This document shows positions 18,169 through 27,982 of a DNA stretch of 44,017 nt, piece by piece. The DNA is from a virus (taxonomy: Duplodnaviria > Caudoviricetes), in IMG/VR virus record IMGVR_UViG_3300040985_001292, positions 1 to 44,017 of that record; one strand, 5' to 3'. Every line of letters starts with the position of its first letter. Positions within the stretch are counted from its first letter, which is position 1. The translations under genes and the position numbers were made by a program. Below the pieces are notes generated by a model that saw nothing but the letters and a program-made list of their open reading frames with translations, did not search any database and was not told where the DNA came from.

Positions 18169-21100
18169 ATGGCACGCAATAGCTCAAATTATACATATAC
18201 ATTAGCAGATGCAATATCTGGCTTTAATGTAATATCTCTAAGCGCGCAGGCTGTTGGCGCGGCAATTGGAGACGATGTAATCTCAAATACCGGTAACGAT
18301 ACGCTGATCTTGAGCGCTGGACCTAATATCGCTCTGTTATCTGACCCAACAACAGATACTATTACCATCTCAGCACAAGCTGGAGGCGGTGGTGGTAGTA
18401 GTAGTGATCTATCAGAAGTGGCAGCTGCTAGCGGTGATTGGAACGGTACACATACAACTGTTAATGCTAATAGTGGTAATTGGGATACAACGTATACAAG
18501 AGTAGCTAGTGCTCACCATAGTTGGGACAAGACTCATACATCGCTCTATGCAAATAGCGCAGGCTGGAACGTAGGTACTTCGAGTCTAGTTACAGTTGGG
18601 ACAATCGGTACTGGTACCTGGCAAGGAACAGCTGTAGCATTAGGATATGGTGGCACTGGTCTTGTCGGCGCTACAGATGGTAAGATCGTAATTGCAGATG
18701 GATCAGGTGCACCAGTTCATCTAGATGTTGGCTCAAGTACCGCTATTACAATCTTAGGTACAGTCGCTACTGGTACTTGGCAGGGCACAGCTGTTGCTGA
18801 TGCGTATGTTGCAGGTTCTGCTCTATGGAACTGGGTTGCGTCTAACAGCGCCACCAAGTACGAAGATACAACAGTGTTTGGGACGTTGAGTGCACGAGAT
18901 CGAATCATCGCATCTGCTGGAGCTAGCCTAAGCGGTGATGTAACAGTTGGAAATGATTTAATTGTTGGAGGTAACAACTTAACCATCAACGGTGTTGCAT
19001 ATACAATGCCATCAGATGATGGTGATGCAGGTGAACAATTACAAACAGATGGCTCAGGTACACTCTCATGGGAGTCAGCCGGTAGCGGTGGCGGTAGTGG
19101 AGATATTACTGACGTTATCGCAGGTGCTGGTCTAACGGGAGGAGCAACGTCTGGTAGTGCTACTCTCAATGTTAGTGGCGGGGCTCTAATAGACGTAACC
19201 GGCAATGAAGTTGACGTTGATCTTACAGAGGCGACTGAAGCTGCTATAGCTAATGGTGATTATATTTTATTCTTAGACGGCGGTGCAACAGGTACACACG
19301 CTAAAGAAGCAGTTGCAGATCTTGCTACGTTATTCGCTGGTGCAGGTATTACAGCTACTAATAGTGTTATTGCTGTTGATGCAGCACAAACAGGTATCAC
19401 ATCATTACTTGCTACTGATATTAAAATTGGTGAAGATAATGAAACTAAGATTGATTTCGAGACTGCTAACGAGATTCATTTTTACGCTAACAATACAGAG
19501 CAGGTATATCTCGCTGATAATATATTTGGGCCTCAATCTGACAGTGATGTTGACTTAGGGACGACTGGTGTAAGATGGAAAGATGCTTACATTGATACGA
19601 TTACAACAACAAGTAATATAGTAGCGGCAGGTACAGTTAGTGCATCAGATCCTGGTGGATCTTCATATGGTTCTAGTCCTCATTGGACATATGTTGCTGA
19701 TAATAGTGCTGGTAAGGTTAACTATACTACAGAAGACATTTATACAACAATATCATCTGATAGTGACTACGGGGATGTTATTTGTATGCTGCATTTTGAG
19801 GGCTCGAACGGTGCAACAGAAACGTCGGACGAGAGCCTTATTCGTCGCACTGTTAACTTTGAGGGCACTGCACAGATTTCGACGGCGCAGAAGAAGTACG
19901 GGTCATCAAGTCTTCTCTTAGATGGTAATAGTGACCATGTTAGCCTCTCAGCTGAGGGCAAGGATCATAGTCTAGACCTCGGTTTGAGTGATTTCACAAT
20001 TGAATGCTGGTTCTATTATGATCAGGCAACAGCGCCGCAATTTGCTACTATTTTTGATAGAGGTAACGGTGCGGGTAATGGTTTCAGTCCGTTTTGGGTA
20101 GCGGTTCTGGATGATTCAGGTATTAAATTAGTAGCTACTGCTGGTACGGGTGGTGCTCAAACAAACGTAATTAATCACTATGATCTGGCGGCTATTACTA
20201 ACAATACGTGGTATCATGTTGCGATGGCGAGAGATGGGAGCAACTTCTATTTATACTTAAATGGTCAGTCGTTATCTAGCGCAGAAGCTTCAGACTCGGG
20301 CGCAATGTCAGACAATGGCGCTCCTGTTCTTGTTGGTGCTCGTGGCCAGTATGCATCTTCGGGCTATGGTGTGGGTAGTTGGTGGGGTGGCTATATTGAC
20401 GAGTTTCGTATGACCGTCGGTACGTGTAGATATCCTGGCGGTACTTCATTTACGCCTTCGACTGTCGCATTTTCTGGCGAGACAAATGTGCAAACAGTGG
20501 TAACGAGTCTAACAGGCTACGCGACGTCCACTACTGGGTGGGTATTAGAGGATGATGATGGAACTGAGGTTACCGTCTCAGACGCTGATGAAGTTAAATT
20601 TATAGGCTCTGGTATTACTACAAACTGGACTGATACTTCTACTGGTTCTGATGGTGATCCATATGACCTGACACTTACAGTTGACGCAGCACAGACAGGT
20701 ATCACTTCATTACTTGCTACGGATATTAAGATCGGTGAAGATGATCAAACTAAGGTTGATTTTGAGACAGCTAATGAAATCCATCTGTATGCTGACAACG
20801 CTAACAGAGCTACGATTAACTCGAGCGGTGCTTCAATCGTAGGTACACTAAGTGCTAAAGATAGACTTATTGCATCTACTGGGGCTAGCCTAAGCGGTAA
20901 TGTTACGATCGGTGGTGACCTCGAAATATTAGGTGACGATATTGTAATGGGTACTAATACTGTCGGTCATATATTGATGGGTAGCGGTACTAATTTTGGA
21001 CCAGTTGCTCAAACGAGTATTACATCTGTCGGTACAGTTAGTGCAGGTACTTGGCAAGGTACGGCTATAGCTCAGGCGTATATTGCTGGTGACGCTATTG

Positions 21101-21975
21101 ACGGTTCTAAGGTTGCTGATGATGCAATCAACAGTGAGCATTATACAGACGGATCTATTGATACTGCTCACATAGCTGATGATCAAGTGACGCTTGCTAA
21201 GATGGCTGGAATAACTCGAGGATCAATAATAATCGGTAACGCTAGTGGTAATCCAGCCGCATTAGCTATTGGTACTAATGATTATGTACTTACTAGTGAT
21301 GGTACAGATATAGCTTGGGAGGCTGCTTCTGGTGGTGGTGGTTCTAGCGAGTGGACTGATACCGGGTCAGTGCTACATCCTACAGACATTTCAGGTACAG
21401 CTGATGCTGTTGTTATCGGTGGTACTACCACAGGCAATTCTGATATAGCTTTCAATACAGATGGTAGCGCAGTATTTAACGAACAAAGTGCCAGTGTAGA
21501 CTTTAGGGTCGAATCAAACGGGAACGCTAATATGCTGTTTGTAGATGGTAGCGCCGATGCGGTGGGCATAGGTACATCAGCTCCAGTTGCGGCGCTTACT
21601 GTTGGAGGAGAAGTTAGCGCATCAAACGGCTTCAGGTCAGCTGTCATGCCGATAACCACTCTAACAAGTAATGGTGTTGTTACATATGATATAGCGGGCC
21701 CAGCGCTGCAAACAATAATATTAAAAGCTAATCAAGCAAATACATATCTAGGTACTGAATCGCTACCTATAGGTAAGACGGTCACTGTAAGACTTTCAGC
21801 TAATGGAGCTAATAGAACATTAGGGTGGCATACTAGTATGAATTTTGTTGGTGAGAAGCCGGCTTCTATTGCTAGGGATAAAATTGCATTATTATCAATT
21901 ACTACATTTGGTACTCTATGTGGTGTTGACGGTGTCGATACAGATGTTGTTTGTGCATATGCAGTAGAGGACTAA
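18169..21975 (+). CDS. Tail fibre protein with LamG/concanavalin-like domain
   Basis: DFTIECWFY...NNTWYHVAMARDG...YLNG...GYIDEFRMT; GTWQGTA repeats; modules shared with the 2834-aa protein. Confidence 0.85.
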   Translation: MARNSSNYTYTLADAISGFNVISLSAQAVGAAIGDDVISNTGNDTLILSAGPNIALLSDPTTDTITISAQAGGGGGSSSDLSEVAAASGDWNGTHTTVNANSGNWDTTYTRVASAHHSWDKTHTSLYANSAGWNVGTSSLVTVGTIGTGTWQGTAVALGYGGTGLVGATDGKIVIADGSGAPVHLDVGSSTAITILGTVATGTWQGTAVADAYVAGSALWNWVASNSATKYEDTTVFGTLSARDRIIASAGASLSGDVTVGNDLIVGGNNLTINGVAYTMPSDDGDAGEQLQTDGSGTLSWESAGSGGGSGDITDVIAGAGLTGGATSGSATLNVSGGALIDVTGNEVDVDLTEATEAAIANGDYILFLDGGATGTHAKEAVADLATLFAGAGITATNSVIAVDAAQTGITSLLATDIKIGEDNETKIDFETANEIHFYANNTEQVYLADNIFGPQSDSDVDLGTTGVRWKDAYIDTITTTSNIVAAGTVSASDPGGSSYGSSPHWTYVADNSAGKVNYTTEDIYTTISSDSDYGDVICMLHFEGSNGATETSDESLIRRTVNFEGTAQISTAQKKYGSSSLLLDGNSDHVSLSAEGKDHSLDLGLSDFTIECWFYYDQATAPQFATIFDRGNGAGNGFSPFWVAVLDDSGIKLVATAGTGGAQTNVINHYDLAAITNNTWYHVAMARDGSNFYLYLNGQSLSSAEASDSGAMSDNGAPVLVGARGQYASSGYGVGSWWGGYIDEFRMTVGTCRYPGGTSFTPSTVAFSGETNVQTVVTSLTGYATSTTGWVLEDDDGTEVTVSDADEVKFIGSGITTNWTDTSTGSDGDPYDLTLTVDAAQTGITSLLATDIKIGEDDQTKVDFETANEIHLYADNANRATINSSGASIVGTLSAKDRLIASTGASLSGNVTIGGDLEILGDDIVMGTNTVGHILMGSGTNFGPVAQTSITSVGTVSAGTWQGTAIAQAYIAGDAIDGSKVADDAINSEHYTDGSIDTAHIADDQVTLAKMAGITRGSIIIGNASGNPAALAIGTNDYVLTSDGTDIAWEAASGGGGSSEWTDTGSVLHPTDISGTADAVVIGGTTTGNSDIAFNTDGSAVFNEQSASVDFRVESNGNANMLFVDGSADAVGIGTSAPVAALTVGGEVSASNGFRSAVMPITTLTSNGVVTYDIAGPALQTIILKANQANTYLGTESLPIGKTVTVRLSANGANRTLGWHTSMNFVGEKPASIARDKIALLSITTFGTLCGVDGVDTDVVCAYAVED

Positions 21976-21976
21976 T

Positions 21977-22801
21977 ATGATATTACCAGGATCGACAGCA
22001 CTTACTAAAACTCTTGGTCAACAGTCTGATGGTATTATTACTACCGATTTAACTGGTAATTTTATACCTACAGCTGGTATTCAAACTCAATATTGGGACA
22101 ATCAAGTATCATCCGGGCTGAATCTTCGCCGGTTCAATGGTATAGGTCATTCCACTACAGATCCTGATCACTTTTTACTTGACGGTACAAATGATTATCT
22201 CGGTCAAGCTAGTGGAAGTGGATATGGGGGAGACCCTATACAGATTCTTGGCGGCACAAGACCTTTTACGCTAGGTCAGTGGTTTAAGTACAATAACGTA
22301 AATCATTATATATTTTTTTGCGGCACAGCTGCGGGCGTGAGCACAGATATGACTCCACAGTATCACTCATATATCCTTTTAGAAGTTTTGACATCAAACG
22401 ACCAATGCAAGCTAACAGTTAGAGACCCATACGACTTTTTCGCCGGTGAGGTGAACTCTGATTCTGCGACGTTTAGCAGTTTTACTTTTGCTGATGACAC
22501 TTGGTATTATGTTGCGCTGACCCATGACGGGGCCGATGATTATTCGGTTTATGTTAATGGTAGTTTTATTGGCTCTCTAACTTCCACCTACGCGATCGCC
22601 TACGGGACCGATACTAACGCCGTTGAATGTGGAGCTAAAAACATAGACGGCACTAAGGCTTACTCTGGCGCTAACACAAAGATAGGCCACATACACGTTT
22701 ATGAGAATGGATATCTAACTGCTTCACAAGTACGTCAGAATTTCTTAGCGACACATGATATGCACGACGCTAGAATTTACGGAGGGACGTACCAAGCGTG
22801 A
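21977..22801 (+). CDS. LamG-like domain virion protein
   Basis: LDGTNDY, FTLGQWF, DTWYYVALTHDG, VYVNG, LTASQVRQNF. Confidence 0.8.
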   Translation: MILPGSTALTKTLGQQSDGIITTDLTGNFIPTAGIQTQYWDNQVSSGLNLRRFNGIGHSTTDPDHFLLDGTNDYLGQASGSGYGGDPIQILGGTRPFTLGQWFKYNNVNHYIFFCGTAAGVSTDMTPQYHSYILLEVLTSNDQCKLTVRDPYDFFAGEVNSDSATFSSFTFADDTWYYVALTHDGADDYSVYVNGSFIGSLTSTYAIAYGTDTNAVECGAKNIDGTKAYSGANTKIGHIHVYENGYLTASQVRQNFLATHDMHDARIYGGTYQA

Positions 22802-23052
22802 TATATAACAACTTACGATACTGTATTATTGAATCGTCTGATATTGACCTAGTTCATTTTAATAAAGTTAAAGAAGATTCACCTGATACTATGAGATATT
22901 CACTCGACGGTACTAAATCATTTGTTAAATATGAAGAGGAACAGCCTGAGTTTATATTTCATATCGCTGGTAACCTAGTCGGATTACCTGAATATACACA
23001 TGAAGAATTTATAGAGATTCTAAAAGGGTCAGAATGGGCAACCCAAGATTAA
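22798..23052 (+). CDS. Small phage hypothetical protein following LamG fibre genes
   Basis: 84-aa ORF, MRYSLDGTKSFVKY...YTHEE motif; overlaps neighbours. Confidence 0.7.
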   Translation: MIYNNLRYCIIESSDIDLVHFNKVKEDSPDTMRYSLDGTKSFVKYEEEQPEFIFHIAGNLVGLPEYTHEEFIEILKGSEWATQD

Positions 23053-24656
23053 AATTCAATCATAAAGAGTTTGGATTACGTCAAACAGATGATGATACGT
23101 ATGAGCTAAGGAATGCTGAGATTTTTCAAAAATACTTCGATAGTGAATATATACCACAAAAGCACGGGCACTTCTTTCATGAAAATCCTATCTCACAAAT
23201 TGAACCTGAGCAGTATCACAAGATCGAGAGTTTCTGTTTCGTAACAACAGAAAATATACAACGAGAAGCTGCTATGCTTTTAAAGAGCCTCAGAAAGTTT
23301 CACGACCAGCCTGTATATATCATTTGTGATAAATTATCAAAGCGGTTTTTGACTAATCAAGGCTTAGTAGATGACAATGTCATTTTCAAGATTAGTGCAG
23401 AAAAGGACGAGCTCGTAGGTATTAATAAAGATATCTTCCATAGCCATAAATGTATAGCTAACAACGTACATAACCCGGCAGCTATTTTAAAGAAAATGGA
23501 TGTAATGGATTTTGCACTTGAACATCATAGCAATACCTTTTTTCTCGATTCTGACATAATTGTATTAGATGATCTACAGGAATATTTTCAAGCTAAGGTA
23601 GTGCTGTCTCCTCACCATTATCCCAGACAATCAATCCTGAATGGGTATGAAAATGGATTTTACAACGCTGGATATATCTTTTGTGCATCAAAAGGTTTTC
23701 CAAAAATGTGGAAGCAAATGTATTTGACAGATTCAACATTTTTTGAGCAAGAGTGTATGAATCGTATACCTGATGTCTGTAAAGTACAAACATTTAACAA
23801 AGAGCACAATGTAGGATTTTGGAGAGGAGGCATAATACCGAAGCATATAAAGACATTACATTTCCATATTACTAATGGTGTAGATAAAAACCGCGATGCC
23901 AGTCTGCGCAGATTGAATAGTAATATAAGAGACACAGGTGTCGAGTATATGAAGACCAGTCATATAGATTTGTATAACTATTATCTACAAATGACGTGCC
24001 CAAAGAAAGTCGCGTTTGTTCACTTCGGGAAAGCCGCTGGTGTATATATAAACCAGTATCTTAAATCAACATGTCTTAAGTCGTATCTAAAATATTTCTC
24101 TTGGCATATGGATTTAAATCCATACCGCGTCGCAGATCGAGACTGGACTATAGATGAGCTTGAAAAAATATGTGTACAGGCGGAGGATTATTCATTTGCT
24201 ACAAATCATCATATAAATTGGGATAGTAAAATTATTAAAAAGTTTAAAGATAACGGATGGTTTACATTTACGTTCTTGAGACGGCCAGAGGAGGTATTGT
24301 GCTCGTTGTATTGTTTTTCAACAGAACAGAACTTACACATAAGAGGTGGAGGTGATAATGAACCGAAAAGTTTAGAGGAGATGTTTGACTACGCTGTAAG
24401 AGATACTGCATTTGCAAAAGTATGGAAAGCGCCGGATTATCTTGACCAGCTTGATTACGTAGCTGAATTTAACGAGGAAAATTTTAGTATTTTTTTACTT
24501 GAGCACTTTGGTGAAGTGTATGAGCCAAGACCAAGAGCCAATACAAGTCTTAATAAAGGATTTAATTACTTCAGAGAAGCTGGCGAAATAAGCGACGAGG
24601 TAGCGCAAAAGCTTTTTGATCATCCAGAGTATAAAAAACATTTGAGCTACTTATGA
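23034..24656 (+). CDS. GT-A glycosyltransferase fused to a sulfotransferase-like domain
   Basis: N-half FFLDSDIIV (DXD), YNAGY, EQ; C-half FVHFGKAAG (5'-PSB-like) and FTFLRRPEEVLCSLY (3'-PB-like). Confidence 0.72.
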   Translation: MGNPRLKFNHKEFGLRQTDDDTYELRNAEIFQKYFDSEYIPQKHGHFFHENPISQIEPEQYHKIESFCFVTTENIQREAAMLLKSLRKFHDQPVYIICDKLSKRFLTNQGLVDDNVIFKISAEKDELVGINKDIFHSHKCIANNVHNPAAILKKMDVMDFALEHHSNTFFLDSDIIVLDDLQEYFQAKVVLSPHHYPRQSILNGYENGFYNAGYIFCASKGFPKMWKQMYLTDSTFFEQECMNRIPDVCKVQTFNKEHNVGFWRGGIIPKHIKTLHFHITNGVDKNRDASLRRLNSNIRDTGVEYMKTSHIDLYNYYLQMTCPKKVAFVHFGKAAGVYINQYLKSTCLKSYLKYFSWHMDLNPYRVADRDWTIDELEKICVQAEDYSFATNHHINWDSKIIKKFKDNGWFTFTFLRRPEEVLCSLYCFSTEQNLHIRGGGDNEPKSLEEMFDYAVRDTAFAKVWKAPDYLDQLDYVAEFNEENFSIFLLEHFGEVYEPRPRANTSLNKGFNYFREAGEISDEVAQKLFDHPEYKKHLSYL

Positions 24657-25312
24657 ACATTCAAGGATTAAAAGATCATATGCAACCATTCATAGACTTA
24701 ATTGAAGAGTCAGGTGTTGGATATTTCTGGATCGCTAGTGGAGCAATACGAGACTACTTTACAACAGGAGGCATAACACCAAAAGATATAGATATATTCT
24801 TCCCATGTGATGATGATAGAAACATTGCGATACAGCATTTAAAGGGCAACGGATTTAAGATCGTGAAGTTGTTGTCAAATGGAAATGTAAAGCTCGATAT
24901 GGGTACAGAAAATAAATTTGAAAATTACTCATACAACGCTATAGATATGTGTTGCTGGAACGGTAAGAAGGACCCGGCTTGTATTGCCAAGACACCTCAA
25001 CAATGTATTGAGTGGTTTGATTTTACTGTAGAAATGGCTGCATTGGATAATAGTGGAAACTTTATTCATCACCCTACATTTGAGAATGACATAACAGGTA
25101 AGAAGTTAATTAGGAATTCGTTGAAAGATATGTATGTAGCGCTTAACATTAGAAGATTGTTAAAATATATTAAAAATGGCTATACGATCGACTCGACTAA
25201 TTTGACAGTATGGCTAGAAGATCAGGTTGATACAATAGAATATAGAAAAAATATAAAAAAGGATAAGGAATGGTGCGGTAGCCAGTGGTGTAAAGGTCCA
25301 GATAAGGAATAA
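24653..25312 (+). CDS. Pol-beta-fold nucleotidyltransferase (CCA-adding/poly(A) polymerase head-like)
   Basis: IASGAIRD...KDIDIFF, FDFTV, RRLLKYIKNGY. Confidence 0.78.
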   Translation: MNIQGLKDHMQPFIDLIEESGVGYFWIASGAIRDYFTTGGITPKDIDIFFPCDDDRNIAIQHLKGNGFKIVKLLSNGNVKLDMGTENKFENYSYNAIDMCCWNGKKDPACIAKTPQQCIEWFDFTVEMAALDNSGNFIHHPTFENDITGKKLIRNSLKDMYVALNIRRLLKYIKNGYTIDSTNLTVWLEDQVDTIEYRKNIKKDKEWCGSQWCKGPDKE

Positions 25313-25321
25313 ATAATTGTA

Positions 25322-26617
25322 ATGGCCACACAAGCAGTATATTCATTAAGTGCATTTTATAGTACTAATTTGCAGCCTCAAGTTAAAGGCTATTCGCGAT
25401 TAGCAGATAGAATCGCGTATTCACTCGGATATCCGATGGTTAATATCGACGTCCACCGGAATCAATTATATGAGTTTATTTCTATTGCTTCTGAGATGTT
25501 TACTAAATTTGCTGGGTATACTGAGGAGTGGTTGATATTTGACTCTAGGTTATATACTAACGGTAAAGGTATTCGACTTGATAAGCTATTTTCGATAACC
25601 CCTGAGTTAAACTCATCTTACTCACCTGTTGATCTTACCATATCTGTTGATAATCCGAGATCAACTTCAACAACACTAACGAATAGTCAGACCGCAGTTA
25701 TAGATTACTTTACCATAAGTGATGAAAATGATGATCCAGCAGAGTGGGTAATCAAGTTTACAGATGACGATACCAAACACACACGGGTAAGTAAGCTGCT
25801 TATAACGGCTGGGTATGATACTTCAGCTGCCGAAGTCGATGGCTACTGGGACAGGGGCAATGTAACTTATACGGAATACGGTAATATATTTACCAGCGTT
25901 AACGACTTACTAACCTTAACTGTTGACGTATCTGGACTCTCGGGTGAGAAAGTTGTAATTACAGCTGACCCTAATGCGACAGGTACAGCTCTGACTATTA
26001 AGAATGACTTTGTAACTACCGATTCAACTAGCCTCACTGCGCAGCAGAATACACTGGGTGGTTACGACACATTAATGGGCAACTACCGAAAGGTAGTAGA
26101 TGTACATGGCTTTGAAGAAGGAAGCACCACAGGTGTTAATACACTATTTACAATTGAACAGACCTTAGCTCAGCAGACGTACTTTAGTTACTCAATGGGA
26201 AATTACGGGTTTGATTTGATAAGCTGGTACACCATGAGAGAGTGGTTAGATACTAGAGAGAAATTACTATCACAGCGACGTCAATTCAAATTTAATTCAA
26301 GAACTCAATATCTACAGATGCTACCTGAGCCCAACGCAGGTGTACAGTTCTTCGGTATGATCGGATGTCACTTAGAGAAGCCGCTTATTGATATAGTTAA
26401 AGAGCCTTGGGTCTATCAATATGCACTTGCGCTTACAAAGATTGCAGTCGGCCGTATAAGAGGTAAATATTCTGGAACGAATATGTTTGGTGGCGGTTCA
26501 CTTAATACCGATGTCCTAAGCGAAGGCATCGCAGAGAAAGACAAGCTTGAGGCTCAACTGTTTGAAGGTTCTCCTGGCTTTGGTGATGCTGATCCGCCGA
26601 TGTTCTTTGTCGGCTAA
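25322..26617 (+). CDS. gp13: Neck protein, T4 gp13-like, with central insertion
   Basis: LGYPMVNIDV N-terminus; WVYQYALALTK...GRIRGKY...GG...DPPMFFVG C-terminus. Confidence 0.85.
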   Translation: MATQAVYSLSAFYSTNLQPQVKGYSRLADRIAYSLGYPMVNIDVHRNQLYEFISIASEMFTKFAGYTEEWLIFDSRLYTNGKGIRLDKLFSITPELNSSYSPVDLTISVDNPRSTSTTLTNSQTAVIDYFTISDENDDPAEWVIKFTDDDTKHTRVSKLLITAGYDTSAAEVDGYWDRGNVTYTEYGNIFTSVNDLLTLTVDVSGLSGEKVVITADPNATGTALTIKNDFVTTDSTSLTAQQNTLGGYDTLMGNYRKVVDVHGFEEGSTTGVNTLFTIEQTLAQQTYFSYSMGNYGFDLISWYTMREWLDTREKLLSQRRQFKFNSRTQYLQMLPEPNAGVQFFGMIGCHLEKPLIDIVKEPWVYQYALALTKIAVGRIRGKYSGTNMFGGGSLNTDVLSEGIAEKDKLEAQLFEGSPGFGDADPPMFFVG

Positions 26618-27081
26618 TGAAGCGTAGAAAGAAATATAAGCACACACCGTATAAGCAAGGAATATACAAACCAGTTGATAGAACCAAATATGCTGGTCGT
26701 AAATTGCCCCAATATAGGTCTTCATGGGAATTAAAATTCTTCCAGTGGTGTGATAAAAACGTTAATGTAATTGAATGGAGCTCCGAGTCAGTCATTGTAC
26801 CATATAAGAGCCCTGTTGATAATAGATATCATAGATATTTCGTAGATAGTAAGTTGACGTTGAGAGAGGGAGAAGAGCTTGTACGATACTTGGTTGAGAT
26901 AAAGCCTAGCCAACAGACCAAACCACCGGTAGAAAGTTCACGAAAGAAGAAATCTACTATATTATATGAGCGTGTAACATATGCAGTCAATCAAGCAAAA
27001 TGGGCAGCTGCGGAGAAGTACGCTGAGGGTAAGAATATGAAGTTTATAATATTAACAGAAAACGAATTAAACTTGAAGTAG
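26617..27081 (+). CDS. gp4: Head completion nuclease, T4 gp4-like (TnsA fold)
   Basis: YRSSWE, WSSE, HRYFVD, VEIKP, NQAKWAAA, FIILTE. Confidence 0.9.
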   Translation: MKRRKKYKHTPYKQGIYKPVDRTKYAGRKLPQYRSSWELKFFQWCDKNVNVIEWSSESVIVPYKSPVDNRYHRYFVDSKLTLREGEELVRYLVEIKPSQQTKPPVESSRKKKSTILYERVTYAVNQAKWAAAEKYAEGKNMKFIILTENELNLK

Positions 27082-27104
27082 TTAAATAAATATTTACAGT
27101 AATT

Positions 27105-27788
27105 ATGTCTCATAGATTATTAGTTGAAACGCCGGATACTTCAAACATTGAATATGTTGTGGAGGAAAAGAACACATCTGGTGGTGATAAAGAGAAGCGT
27201 ATGTGGATCGTCGGCGAATATATGATGGCCGGTGATAAGAACAAAAATGGTAGAATATACGATGTCACAGAGATGACACGTGAAGTTGCCAGATACAACA
27301 CAGAATTTATTGATAATAAGAGAGCTTTAGGTGAACTTAATCACCCGACATCTGCTGAAGTAGATCTAGAGAGAGCATGCCATGTGATTACCGAGTTGCG
27401 GATGGATAGACAAGTCGCGGTTGGTAAGTCGATGATACTCGAGACCCCTGTTGGTAAGGTATTACAATCATTAATTAAGGATGGTGTTCAAGTCGGTGTA
27501 TCAAGTAGAGCCTTAGGAAAGTTGATTCCCTTAGGAGAGAACACAAATCGCGTAGAGGACATGAAGCTTATCGCTGTTGATTGTGTTGCGGATCCTTCGT
27601 ATCCAGGTGCGTTTGTTAATGGCATTTTAGAATCTAAACAATATGTATTGGCAGACGACGGTTCATACTTAGAGGAATTGTATAATAAGTTTGAAAAGAA
27701 AATCGCCCATTTGCCACGCAAAGATGTTGAACATTACTTGAAAGAACAAGTCATGGGCTTTATTAGAGAATTACAAGCGAAACAATAA
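27105..27788 (+). CDS. gp21: Prohead protease, T4 gp21-like
   Basis: NKNGRIY, ALGELNHP, GVSSRALG, DCVADPS. Confidence 0.93.
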   Translation: MSHRLLVETPDTSNIEYVVEEKNTSGGDKEKRMWIVGEYMMAGDKNKNGRIYDVTEMTREVARYNTEFIDNKRALGELNHPTSAEVDLERACHVITELRMDRQVAVGKSMILETPVGKVLQSLIKDGVQVGVSSRALGKLIPLGENTNRVEDMKLIAVDCVADPSYPGAFVNGILESKQYVLADDGSYLEELYNKFEKKIAHLPRKDVEHYLKEQVMGFIRELQAKQ

Positions 27789-27800
27789 ATAATTAAGGAT

Positions 27801-27971
27801 ATGGCTAAAACAAAAGTAAAAGAGCGTAATGGTGTTAGAAGCGAATCTACACAAATTAGTATGTTTCTTAAGAGCTTAACTGAGAAAAACTACGCCGAAG
27901 CTAATAAATATTTACACGCCGTTTTAGATACCAAGATGAAAGGTAAGATTAAAGACACGGCAACAAAATAA
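27801..27971 (+). CDS. Small basic protein, possible prohead core component (56 aa, not in ORF track)
   Basis: MAKTKVKERNGVRSESTQISMFLKSLTEKNYAEANKYLHAVLDTKMKGKIKDTATK; own AATAAATA and AAGGA; fills the gp21-gp22 gap. Confidence 0.7.
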   Translation: MAKTKVKERNGVRSESTQISMFLKSLTEKNYAEANKYLHAVLDTKMKGKIKDTATK

Positions 27972-27982
27972 CGGATTTAATT

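Noticed and set aside
7412-21659. Many short antisense and off-frame ORFs within fibre genes
   Set aside because: Expected from repetitive, biased coding sequence
6762-22801. Diversity-generating retroelement acting on fibre genes
   Set aside because: No reverse transcriptase in the window; repeat differences are synonymous rather than adenine-specific
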